Source of the DNA: a virus
Virus record (IMG/VR): IMGVR_UViG_3300022700_000278
Location: 50,883 to 114,882 of that record
Length of the DNA: 64,000 bases
Strand: one strand, 5' to 3'
Positions 1-8,615 of this stretch are shown here, piece after piece. A program made the translations under genes and the position numbers. Position 1 is the first letter of the stretch. Each line of letters starts with the position of its first letter. Under the pieces are notes generated by a model that was not told the DNA's origin, did no database searches, and was given only the letters and a program-made list of their open reading frames with translations.

Positions 1-216
1 GCTCTTGCTTCTGCGGTTGCAACGACAAGTGAAGAGATAGCGGGACTAGGTTATTTGCGGACTGGCAAGTTTGAGGAAGTCTATGTTCACCGAAGCACCC
101 CGGACGGAGAAGGAGTAAAGAAAACTTTGTTTGAGGGAGATGTGGTAGACTCTCTTTATAACGAACGCCCCTTGTTGGAAACTTCCACAAGGCATAGAGG
201 AATCCAGTTTTTGTAG
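1..216 (+). CDS. 3' end of a gene truncated by the window edge (possibly baseplate-associated)
   Basis: Frame 1 is open from base 1 to TAG at 214-216 (ALASAVATT...RGIQFL). The function is inferred only from its position before the baseplate-like genes. Confidence 0.6.
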   Translation, partial: ALASAVATTSEEIAGLGYLRTGKFEEVYVHRSTPDGEGVKKTLFEGDVVDSLYNERPLLETSTRHRGIQFL

Positions 217-231
217 AGAAAGGAGACTATA

Positions 232-510
232 GTGTCAGAGTCAAAGGTTAAGCCAGTAGAAAAGAGAGCACAGCGTGTCACCAGTGAAGAGATGTGGCAA
301 ATTCGTGCACTAGAGGCACAGGGGGGCCGCCTGCAAGCCGAGATGCAACTCAAGCAGGAAAGGCTAGAAAACATCTCCAAAGAAACCCAGCTTCTTCTTT
401 TACAGCTTAGAGAGAAGTATGGGGTGTTTACTAGTATTGAACCAGACGGAAGGATTGTTTTTCCTGAGAAGCAGGAATCCGATTCAGCAGAAGACGACAA
501 GGAGAAGTAA
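232..510 (+). CDS. small coiled-coil hypothetical protein
   Basis: AAGGAG RBS before a GTG start; heptad-like sequence. Confidence 0.75.
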   Translation: MSESKVKPVEKRAQRVTSEEMWQIRALEAQGGRLQAEMQLKQERLENISKETQLLLLQLREKYGVFTSIEPDGRIVFPEKQESDSAEDDKEK

Positions 511-516
511 CAAACA

Positions 517-2151
517 GTGACCTCGGTTGCAGGGCAATATAGGAGATCTTGGATCACACAGCGGATCCTTAATAGGGCTCCCGAATGGACACGGGCAAGA
601 CGCAGCCCTGTGTCTGTGGCACAGCAGATATGCAATGTTCCTGCTCTTGAGATTGAAGAAACAAGTAAAAAGTTAGAAGAGGAAAGAGATAACTTTTTCC
701 TATCTACTTGCGATCCCACGCTGCTAGACCATGTCTACAAGATAGACCTCCCCGGTAGGTTTGAGTTTAACCAAGAGGAAGATCAAAATCGATGGTCTGT
801 CTATTATTCTCCAAGTGTTTGGGGGGAGATAGACGGATCCTATGTTTCCATTTCTCAGGCCAATCGGAATAATGTTGAGTCTTTATTTTATGGCGTAGTG
901 CCTACAAGGGTGGGGTATGGAGAGCAGTCTGAAGTATGGGAAGAGGTTTTGCCTCCGACGAAAGTTTCTGGGGTCTCTTCTGCTTCTCCAGCAACCATGG
1001 TTCTCGAAGGACCTTTATATGTCACCTTGAAAAACAATACGGTTTGGAGCGAGGAATATAACGACATTGTTTATTTTACCAAAGTCCGTTTAAAAGGTAC
1101 TGGTCTCCTCAGAGAAGACATTGAGGAAATCATTCCTCTGAGACTCAACGGAACTTACCAAACGAGAAACCACTGGAAGACACTTGATGAATTTGAGATT
1201 TTGCACGCCAGTGAAGATGCAACGGTCTCTGTTTCTGTTTTTCCTTTTAGAGAAGCTCCTGTTGCAAACGATCGAGAGATAGCGGTTGGCTCTGATGGGG
1301 TAGAGCGCACTCGGTTTTATTCTCTTTACTCATATTCCTGGGGATCAACTCTTATTGCAAAAAGATATCTTGTTGATACTGAAGAGCAAGTTAGACTAGG
1401 CCTAAACTTAAAGACAATTGATTACGAGATGGAATTGCATGATGGAGAACTTGGAAATGTTTCGGCCAGTGCATTTGTGTTTAAGCCCCACTCCGACTGG
1501 GTGTATGTTGTAGACGACACTTATTTGTACGTATATGACTATCGGCTGCCGTCACCGAGCACAGAGTACCTGGGAGAAAGCTCTGGCGATAGCAGAATGG
1601 CGATTAGGCTTGACAATGATAAATATTTCTATACGAGAGAAGATGAGGTATCGTTTTCGTCTCGTGTTTTAGAATATACGTCAATACCGTTTGCTACCAG
1701 GTGGACATTGGTTTGGAATGACGGAACAGAGTATAGAATTGGACTAGATGGCTCTTTGTGGAGCACCTCTTCTCAAGAAGGCTGGATATATAACGACAAT
1801 TGGGATAGTGGAAAATGGGAAGATCAAAAAATTACCTTGTCTTCGGTTGGTCTTCCTGGCACATACGTTATAAAATTAGAAGCAAAGTATGAAGAAAACG
1901 ATGAGGTCGTTACACGAACCACCAAAGAAGCTTTTTCTGTTCCATCCATTGATCCAGAGGCGAAGCTAATGCTTCCCGTAGAACTAAAAGGAGCAAGAGA
2001 TCTTGGTATAGATGGACAGGGACGGCTTTGGTTTTATAACGGTACCAGTGTTTTGCTAGCTGATTTGTATTACGACTATTTTATTGTTGATTTCCAAGAA
2101 AAGAGAGTTTGGATGAGAGAGCAATATCCGTCAGTTAGGGTTCGTCCATAA
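517..2151 (+). CDS. putative virion structural protein
   Basis: 544-aa ORF with an AAGGAG RBS and a TAATG overlap with the next gene; beta-rich and acidic; structural context. Confidence 0.7.
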   Translation: MTSVAGQYRRSWITQRILNRAPEWTRARRSPVSVAQQICNVPALEIEETSKKLEEERDNFFLSTCDPTLLDHVYKIDLPGRFEFNQEEDQNRWSVYYSPSVWGEIDGSYVSISQANRNNVESLFYGVVPTRVGYGEQSEVWEEVLPPTKVSGVSSASPATMVLEGPLYVTLKNNTVWSEEYNDIVYFTKVRLKGTGLLREDIEEIIPLRLNGTYQTRNHWKTLDEFEILHASEDATVSVSVFPFREAPVANDREIAVGSDGVERTRFYSLYSYSWGSTLIAKRYLVDTEEQVRLGLNLKTIDYEMELHDGELGNVSASAFVFKPHSDWVYVVDDTYLYVYDYRLPSPSTEYLGESSGDSRMAIRLDNDKYFYTREDEVSFSSRVLEYTSIPFATRWTLVWNDGTEYRIGLDGSLWSTSSQEGWIYNDNWDSGKWEDQKITLSSVGLPGTYVIKLEAKYEENDEVVTRTTKEAFSVPSIDPEAKLMLPVELKGARDLGIDGQGRLWFYNGTSVLLADLYYDYFIVDFQEKRVWMREQYPSVRVRP

Positions 2152-3104
2152 TGCCGTATGGGACGAAAAGTGTTGGTTTTGCTGTTAATGTCAGCAGCGT
2201 CTCTGAATATAGAGGCAAACCCCAGCGCCATTCTCTTGTCAATAGATTTGACGAACACGGGGACCTGTATTCTTTAGACAGGCTTCCCGGAGAGACCAAC
2301 ACAGCATTTAAGAAGAGGATAATGGACCTAACCCTACATCCGGGTGGTCCTAATTATGAAGGACTGTTAAATAACCTTGCTCGAGAACTGGGGTGTCCGA
2401 GAGAGCCTGCGTTAACAATTGATCTCAAAAGAGATGCCAGTTCAGGTTCTGTTCTTGCCCCAAACCCACGAGTCGACATATTGGCAGACCGGGTTGTCTT
2501 GTATTATGACTGGAAAGACTATGACAGCTTTTCTGTAGATCGAGAAATTGATTTTTACGACCTTGGTTCTAGCGGGTATTTTTTAAGTGGGCTTATTAAC
2601 GAGATTAATAAATCCTCTTACTTTGTCGCTGTTGCAGATCGGGATGTCCGCTTGAGTCTTCATAGCACAAACATAGTTCGAGGCTCTTCTTTTGGTCGCG
2701 TCGTTGACGATGTTATCAAGGCTGATGGCCTGACCATCCTTAGCGCACAAAACATTGTTGAGGGATCAATGTGGTTCTCCGAAAAAGATATTTTTGTGAC
2801 AGAGGTCCAAAAAGAACCAAGCACAGACGGAGAATACAGGATAGATTATGCAAATGGCCTGCTGTATACATACTCTCTTCCAAGTGGCAGAGGGTCCTGC
2901 GGCTATTATTATGCTGGTTTTCCAATGGAAGTGGATGCTTCTCTTATTCATGTGTATTCTTTACATGATGATAACTATGTGAAAAAACTTTTTAGGCAAG
3001 AAGCTCTTCCTTCTGGCGATGAGCAAAACGCTCTTCCCAATACAGAAGGAGCAGAGGTTTTTCACCAACTGTTCAAAGAGACAGAAGTTCTGTGGGGAGA
3101 ATAA
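2151..3104 (+). CDS. putative baseplate wedge / tail protein I-like protein
   Basis: Motif FDEHGDLYSLDRLPGETNTAFKKRI resembles the LD-x-x-G...R-x-x-GE-x-D-x-x-YR-x-RI pattern of baseplate wedge proteins. Confidence 0.55.
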   Translation: MPYGTKSVGFAVNVSSVSEYRGKPQRHSLVNRFDEHGDLYSLDRLPGETNTAFKKRIMDLTLHPGGPNYEGLLNNLARELGCPREPALTIDLKRDASSGSVLAPNPRVDILADRVVLYYDWKDYDSFSVDREIDFYDLGSSGYFLSGLINEINKSSYFVAVADRDVRLSLHSTNIVRGSSFGRVVDDVIKADGLTILSAQNIVEGSMWFSEKDIFVTEVQKEPSTDGEYRIDYANGLLYTYSLPSGRGSCGYYYAGFPMEVDASLIHVYSLHDDNYVKKLFRQEALPSGDEQNALPNTEGAEVFHQLFKETEVLWGE

Positions 3105-3107
3105 TTC

Positions 3108-5372
3108 GTGGCTGGATTAGATAGACCAACTCTGTATTTCGATACCATGCAGTACGTTTACGAACGTGCTAGCGCAAAACCATATGTTGGACACGAGCAC
3201 CCTACAGACTTACCAGATGGTTTTAGTTTCGATGCGAAGAGATGGTGTAGCCCATTTGATCTCAGGCTGCCGTCTTTGCCAAGACTTCTTGACCCGTCGA
3301 CACAGGGTATAAAGCCGGAAACTTATTTTAAGTGTGGTGTCGGCAATGAAAAAATAGACTTAATTGTTGATGATATAGAAGAGCACTATCTAGGCCATGA
3401 GCGCTTATGGGTTCCAAAGGTGCGAGACGGGTATTATTACCGGTACAAAACAGATTATTTTTATTATGGCGATAATAGTGTTATCCAGTATTTAGACCCG
3501 GCTGACAACAAAGAAGGAAGGAACTATTTAGAGCTTGCAAAAGAAGAGGCACCTGGAAAACCATTGCTTGCTGCTTCTTTTTCTAGAGACCCAGAGTCCA
3601 GGGCCATCACATATGACGTTAGGGTCAACCATGTTGGGGTCTTTACTGGCAAGTATGAGAATGGAGAAGAAGTCTCGACGTACACTCCTACGACCGAAAA
3701 AGTGATATGGTCTGGAGTAGATACGACAAAGAAAGAATTTGTTGTGGATCGACACGTCGAGGGAGTGACGGCGCTCAAATTCAACAGAAACTACATAGAA
3801 CATGTTGGAGTTTCGCCAGGCAGCTTTTCTGATCTCGGCGCATGCGATGTGCTTGGGCAATCTACTGGCGGAGCAGACCAGTTGTTTTACTTGTCGCTCT
3901 TCCCTGTCTTGCCTGACACTTTCCATTTGTATGTCGTCGACGCAAACAGCGAAGAATGGGAAGAATGGACCAGGGTTGAAACATACCACGAACTCTTATC
4001 TTTGATGAACATTGGTCTTGTACAGCCGTATCTTTACAGTGGAAAATTTTACTTCCTAGACAGAGACTTGGGAATTGTTGTTTTTGGCGATGCTTCCACT
4101 GGCATACCGGAAGAAGGCAAGTGGATTGTAGCAGAATATGACAAAACTCTTCGTATCGAATATGAAGAGGCAGATTTATCAACAAGTGTCACGGCGTGGA
4201 AGGCAGACGTTAACCCTGTCTCTCAGGCCGTGAACGAAGGGTTTGTTTGTATAACTCACGAACCACTTGAAGCAGCAAAGATTTCTCTTGATATCGACAA
4301 GGAAGAGCTTTCTTCTGGGAGTTCGGTGTATGGACCAATACAGGTTGGAAATGACTGGGCTCGTCTGATAGCGAAAGTTTCGACTTTTAGGGATGTTCCC
4401 GTACCGAACAAAGAAGTAACTTTCCATGCAACTCCGTTGGTTGGAGCGCTTGGGGGAAGCAGCACGGGCAAATCTTTTGGTGCCACAAATTCCGAAGGAC
4501 TCGCGTACACACACTACCAACCCCCTCTAGACGCAGACTCGATAGGACACTACGCCTTGTCTAGTGACGCAGTACAGGGAGACTGGTTGAGGCTTGACGA
4601 AGAGAATACTGGGCTTACGGAAGCAGACGAGGTGTATCTTTATCAGGTGCTAAAAGACGATCCTCTGCTTGGTATGCACAGCTCGTATGTATCGGGTTTT
4701 CTGCCTGATCCGCCAGAGTGGGCAGACCCAGTTTTGAGCCCCGTGCTTTATGAGCAGTGGGTAGAAAATCAGAAGATAGAACTTGGCCTTGAAGATTGGA
4801 TTATTAACACGGCGACCCATAAACCAAACGGCAGAAAAGTTGTTGTGTATCAGTGGGACAGCAGTGCAACGAACCCAATAGACGGCACGAGCGGTGCGTT
4901 CTCTCCTGTGCGGCCACTAGAGGTTAGCAGCGACGGTAGCATGCTGCGGTTCCCCTCTGGATCGCTTTATTCTAGTAACCCTTATGACACCTGTACTTCA
5001 AACCCAATGGGCTATGATATTGGTGGCTATTGGGTTGTCGGGTCTTTTTATGTGGACTTTTGGGCAACATGCTGGAGTGCGTATTATAATAGGACGATAG
5101 AAAGCAATCGCATTAGGGCTAAAATTACTTTGCCCCAGTATCTTCTGGGCGAACATGTTAACAACCAGCTTCATAAGTTGCCGTTTGGGTGGAAGCTTTT
5201 TAGAAGCACAGAACAGAACCACGCGGCTGGGTTGGATGGAGCTACTTTTTTAACTATCAACCCACAAGCTGGACCGTATGAAATATTGACCTGGTACAAC
5301 GAAGGCTCAACAGGCGAATGGGCACAAGCAATAATGTCTGTTGCTTCGTTTAAGGTTACAGTTAACGGCTAG
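3108..5372 (+). CDS. baseplate-associated protein with an Ig-like (Big-1-type) domain
   Basis: LGQSTGGADQLFYL..PV..WEEWTRV..YFLDRDLGIVVFGD..GIP resembles an insert in baseplate J/eCIS-type wedge proteins. VPVPNKEVTF..ATNSEGLAYTHY resembles a Big-1 domain. Confidence 0.6.
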   Translation: MAGLDRPTLYFDTMQYVYERASAKPYVGHEHPTDLPDGFSFDAKRWCSPFDLRLPSLPRLLDPSTQGIKPETYFKCGVGNEKIDLIVDDIEEHYLGHERLWVPKVRDGYYYRYKTDYFYYGDNSVIQYLDPADNKEGRNYLELAKEEAPGKPLLAASFSRDPESRAITYDVRVNHVGVFTGKYENGEEVSTYTPTTEKVIWSGVDTTKKEFVVDRHVEGVTALKFNRNYIEHVGVSPGSFSDLGACDVLGQSTGGADQLFYLSLFPVLPDTFHLYVVDANSEEWEEWTRVETYHELLSLMNIGLVQPYLYSGKFYFLDRDLGIVVFGDASTGIPEEGKWIVAEYDKTLRIEYEEADLSTSVTAWKADVNPVSQAVNEGFVCITHEPLEAAKISLDIDKEELSSGSSVYGPIQVGNDWARLIAKVSTFRDVPVPNKEVTFHATPLVGALGGSSTGKSFGATNSEGLAYTHYQPPLDADSIGHYALSSDAVQGDWLRLDEENTGLTEADEVYLYQVLKDDPLLGMHSSYVSGFLPDPPEWADPVLSPVLYEQWVENQKIELGLEDWIINTATHKPNGRKVVVYQWDSSATNPIDGTSGAFSPVRPLEVSSDGSMLRFPSGSLYSSNPYDTCTSNPMGYDIGGYWVVGSFYVDFWATCWSAYYNRTIESNRIRAKITLPQYLLGEHVNNQLHKLPFGWKLFRSTEQNHAAGLDGATFLTINPQAGPYEILTWYNEGSTGEWAQAIMSVASFKVTVNG

Positions 5373-5384
5373 GAGTGAGGACCT

Positions 5385-8300
5385 GTGACCATTTCAAGTT
5401 ATGATAGAATGGTTGATGTTTTTCCAACCGTCTTCGATTTCAAGGTTGGAGAACAACCAAGCAGCAGAAAACTTACCAAGTGGGTAAAGCTAACTGACAA
5501 TGCTTTCCGTCTTGTTACGCAAGCAGTGGGAGACCCGTGGGACTATCAGACTCATGAGGGACAGCTTAGTCCTCAAAAGTTAGGACAAGCAACTATTGCT
5601 AGGCTAATTGGGCCGTCTGATTATGTTGGGCCGCTTGGCGAAACAATCAACTCAGACACCACTTCAGTGGAAGTTTCTTTGTCTGTTGACGGGGCAAGCT
5701 CTTGGTATCTAGGGTTTCCTTTGGTCAAAAAAGCAGGAACGGTCACGCCACAGGTGTTGCCCTCTTGTTTAGAAAGCCTAACGGCATCTGATCTTAGTTT
5801 TTCTGGCACTGGCTATTCAGATTACTTCGTTACGCTCTATTCTGACCCCAGAGACATGAGCCAAAAGGGCGACTATTGTGTTGATTTTGCTAGAGGCGTT
5901 ATTCAGACATATCTGCCTATCGATCCTGGTGATGGCAGCGGGTCGTTAACTGTAACGATAAGCAACCTAAGTTTTGTTGGGGCCGGAGCGCCGTGGGCAA
6001 CGCACAACGTCATTCCCATCTGGGAAGATGGCGGAAATGCTGGAGTAACAATTGTAGAAGCTGCGCTGGGACCAGGGAATTATGAAATTACCCTGCCAGG
6101 CAGAGATGCCTCTGGGTATTCTAATGATTACCCAAGAGTGGGAGCCGCAGAAGACTCCCCGTCTAACACGATGACCGGTGCGGGATATCCTGAAAGCGAT
6201 CCTCTTACTGGCGACCGCCGCCAAGCAACTCTTGCTGTTCGACCAACAGGGAACGTTTCTTATCGATTGCCTTATTCTTTAGAGGCGAACTATTCTAGCG
6301 GGGACGTTCTTCCAGGAGGCACGGTAAAGCTTTGGTGCAACAGCACAAATAGCTTTGTCGCGCTAACTGAGTTTGAGTATGTTAGCCCAACAACCCTAAA
6401 GCTAACTTGCCCAACGCTGTCAGACGTAGATGCGACCGGGAACGAAAACAACTATCGACTTGTTGTGGTTGGGACAAGCTTAGCAGAACAAGTAAGTTAT
6501 CTTGCTGGCGTAGTGAGAGAAGGCCAGGGACAAGGGGTCTCTGTTGGTGGCCCCGCCACCTTCCCTAGCATGAGTTTTAGTCCTCCAATGTCGCACGACA
6601 GGCTTAGAGATCGCTATGGCTTTTCGCTAGCAATGGAAGAGAGCGGGGATTTTTCTTCGTGGGCTAGTTCGCACGACAACTGGCAAAGAAGGTTTGCGTT
6701 TACAGAGTCTGCTTATCCGACTAACCCACACCCACAATATTTGCATAGAGCAGGGTATTTGTCTGACGACGAGACAGCAAATACTAGCAACGCCATGCGA
6801 GGATGGCTGTGCTTCGCTGGATACAAGACAGAAACCAGTGGCCACAGCTATGAAAGCTCCAAGTCTAACCCAGGGTTCAACTCTCCCATTGACGAGTGGA
6901 CTTACGGTGTTGCTTGGGGTGCTGGAGAATTTGAGAATTCTAGCGGAGATCATCCCAGAGCGTTTTTCGACGGGGGAAAAGAAAAAGAATGGAGCGGTTC
7001 TGGTCCGGCGACTAGGTTGGGATTTGGTCTTTATGGTTCTGATGGCGGGCTTGGGTTTGCAGAATCTTCTTACTATTCAAACTATGGAGCATTGGTTTAT
7101 GAGGGATTCAGGGGCCAGCCGTTCTATGTCAGGGGAAGAAAGGGTGCAAGCAGTTCGCTAGATACAAGTGTTCATGGCGGAGCCATCGCCATGGACCTAG
7201 GCGATCAGAACGAGATGAACTATCTTAAGCTTGTCGGAGGCAGTCGTCCCTCGACAGGAAGTTATGCCGGAGATCCCGCCAACGATCCTGCATGGATAGA
7301 TGCTTCTTCTTCTGTGTTTAACACACCGCTGGCAATTACTCCTGGGCTAAGCAAAAGAATCTCTGCAGAACAGACCAGAGAACTTAGGTTTAGAGGCGTC
7401 TCTTATAATGAGCTTGTTCAGAATGCTGAAGATGGTATCGGCTCTCTTTCTACCTACCCCTCTTCTGGAGTACAAAAAACAGCTAATGTAGTATTGCTGG
7501 ATGCAACGCTTAATTACATGGTGTTAGAGGGGAATGTTGCTGGCGACATTCGTATGAATGACACCACGATAACCCTTAGTGGCACTACCAGTGACGGAGA
7601 CTATCAGATTTCAGATCTTGCTGATTATGACGCAGTCAACGACCATACGTACCTGACCGTTACTGGTAGCATAAGCAGCAACCAACCTGCTCCTGGTGGA
7701 ACAGCTACTTGGACTACATACGAGTTTAATCGATACTTCAGATCTCCTGGCATTATTGGAGGAGACTTCCTCAACGTATATGGCAATGCAGTCTTTTTCT
7801 CTGAAGAAGGAGATGGCAAAAAGACTTCCTTTACCGACAGAGGAAAGGAATGGCTTACAGATGGCACTACAACGCCTTCTGGCCTGTTTTACGTTCCCGC
7901 CGGGACGCTTGGTTCTGCTTGTGTTTTTGTTGGGTATGAAGGCAGCGGCACTGGCAGCTATGACGGAGCAAAGACGCAAGCTTATTTTGGACACACGAGG
8001 GGTTCTTGGGCAAACTCTACGCTTGGTGTTAAGCGAGGGCTACAATTTGAGGGCCACGACGACTCCGGCTTGCATGTCGCATATAATACTACCGGCGGGA
8101 CAACGTACCCTGCTTCTAATACAGCAGAGCAGGGGCTATCCTGTATCGTGTACAAGGTGCACGGAGAAAGTTTTTCTGCGGGCGACAACACCATCACCGT
8201 TGCAGATTCTTCTTATTTGCCAAAATGTATTCGTTCCCCAGAAAGCGGATCGGTTTCAGATAACTTTAAGAAAAGAGTTGTGGGGGTGGAAACCTTGGCA

Positions 8301-8597
8301 AGACAGTCTAGCGGGGATGTGTTTTATCCGTTGTCTTCTGGTTCGCACTTGATTGGAGGACAAAACTATGTTTTTCAGGGGCTCTATTATTATTTAGACG
8401 GCAGCAACAACTTGTCTTTGCATACCATTTTATATGAGTGGGACTTTCTGCATGGAGAGCCAGATCTGTATGCCACTTTTTCTGAGTCGCTAGAGCTTGT
8501 TGTAAAAGTTTGGTATCTTACTAATCGCCCAAGCATTACAGATCTTCCTTATGAGTCAGCGATGAATCCACTAGACGTTGAAATAAACCCCCTCTAA
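5385..8597 (+). CDS. large Gly/Ser/Thr-rich virion protein (tail fibre-like)
   Basis: 1070-aa ORF with an N-terminal FKVGEQPSSRKL motif and G/S/T-rich beta composition. Confidence 0.6.
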   Translation: MTISSYDRMVDVFPTVFDFKVGEQPSSRKLTKWVKLTDNAFRLVTQAVGDPWDYQTHEGQLSPQKLGQATIARLIGPSDYVGPLGETINSDTTSVEVSLSVDGASSWYLGFPLVKKAGTVTPQVLPSCLESLTASDLSFSGTGYSDYFVTLYSDPRDMSQKGDYCVDFARGVIQTYLPIDPGDGSGSLTVTISNLSFVGAGAPWATHNVIPIWEDGGNAGVTIVEAALGPGNYEITLPGRDASGYSNDYPRVGAAEDSPSNTMTGAGYPESDPLTGDRRQATLAVRPTGNVSYRLPYSLEANYSSGDVLPGGTVKLWCNSTNSFVALTEFEYVSPTTLKLTCPTLSDVDATGNENNYRLVVVGTSLAEQVSYLAGVVREGQGQGVSVGGPATFPSMSFSPPMSHDRLRDRYGFSLAMEESGDFSSWASSHDNWQRRFAFTESAYPTNPHPQYLHRAGYLSDDETANTSNAMRGWLCFAGYKTETSGHSYESSKSNPGFNSPIDEWTYGVAWGAGEFENSSGDHPRAFFDGGKEKEWSGSGPATRLGFGLYGSDGGLGFAESSYYSNYGALVYEGFRGQPFYVRGRKGASSSLDTSVHGGAIAMDLGDQNEMNYLKLVGGSRPSTGSYAGDPANDPAWIDASSSVFNTPLAITPGLSKRISAEQTRELRFRGVSYNELVQNAEDGIGSLSTYPSSGVQKTANVVLLDATLNYMVLEGNVAGDIRMNDTTITLSGTTSDGDYQISDLADYDAVNDHTYLTVTGSISSNQPAPGGTATWTTYEFNRYFRSPGIIGGDFLNVYGNAVFFSEEGDGKKTSFTDRGKEWLTDGTTTPSGLFYVPAGTLGSACVFVGYEGSGTGSYDGAKTQAYFGHTRGSWANSTLGVKRGLQFEGHDDSGLHVAYNTTGGTTYPASNTAEQGLSCIVYKVHGESFSAGDNTITVADSSYLPKCIRSPESGSVSDNFKKRVVGVETLARQSSGDVFYPLSSGSHLIGGQNYVFQGLYYYLDGSNNLSLHTILYEWDFLHGEPDLYATFSESLELVVKVWYLTNRPSITDLPYESAMNPLDVEINPL

Positions 8598-8615
8598 GGA
8601 ATGACGAATTAACCA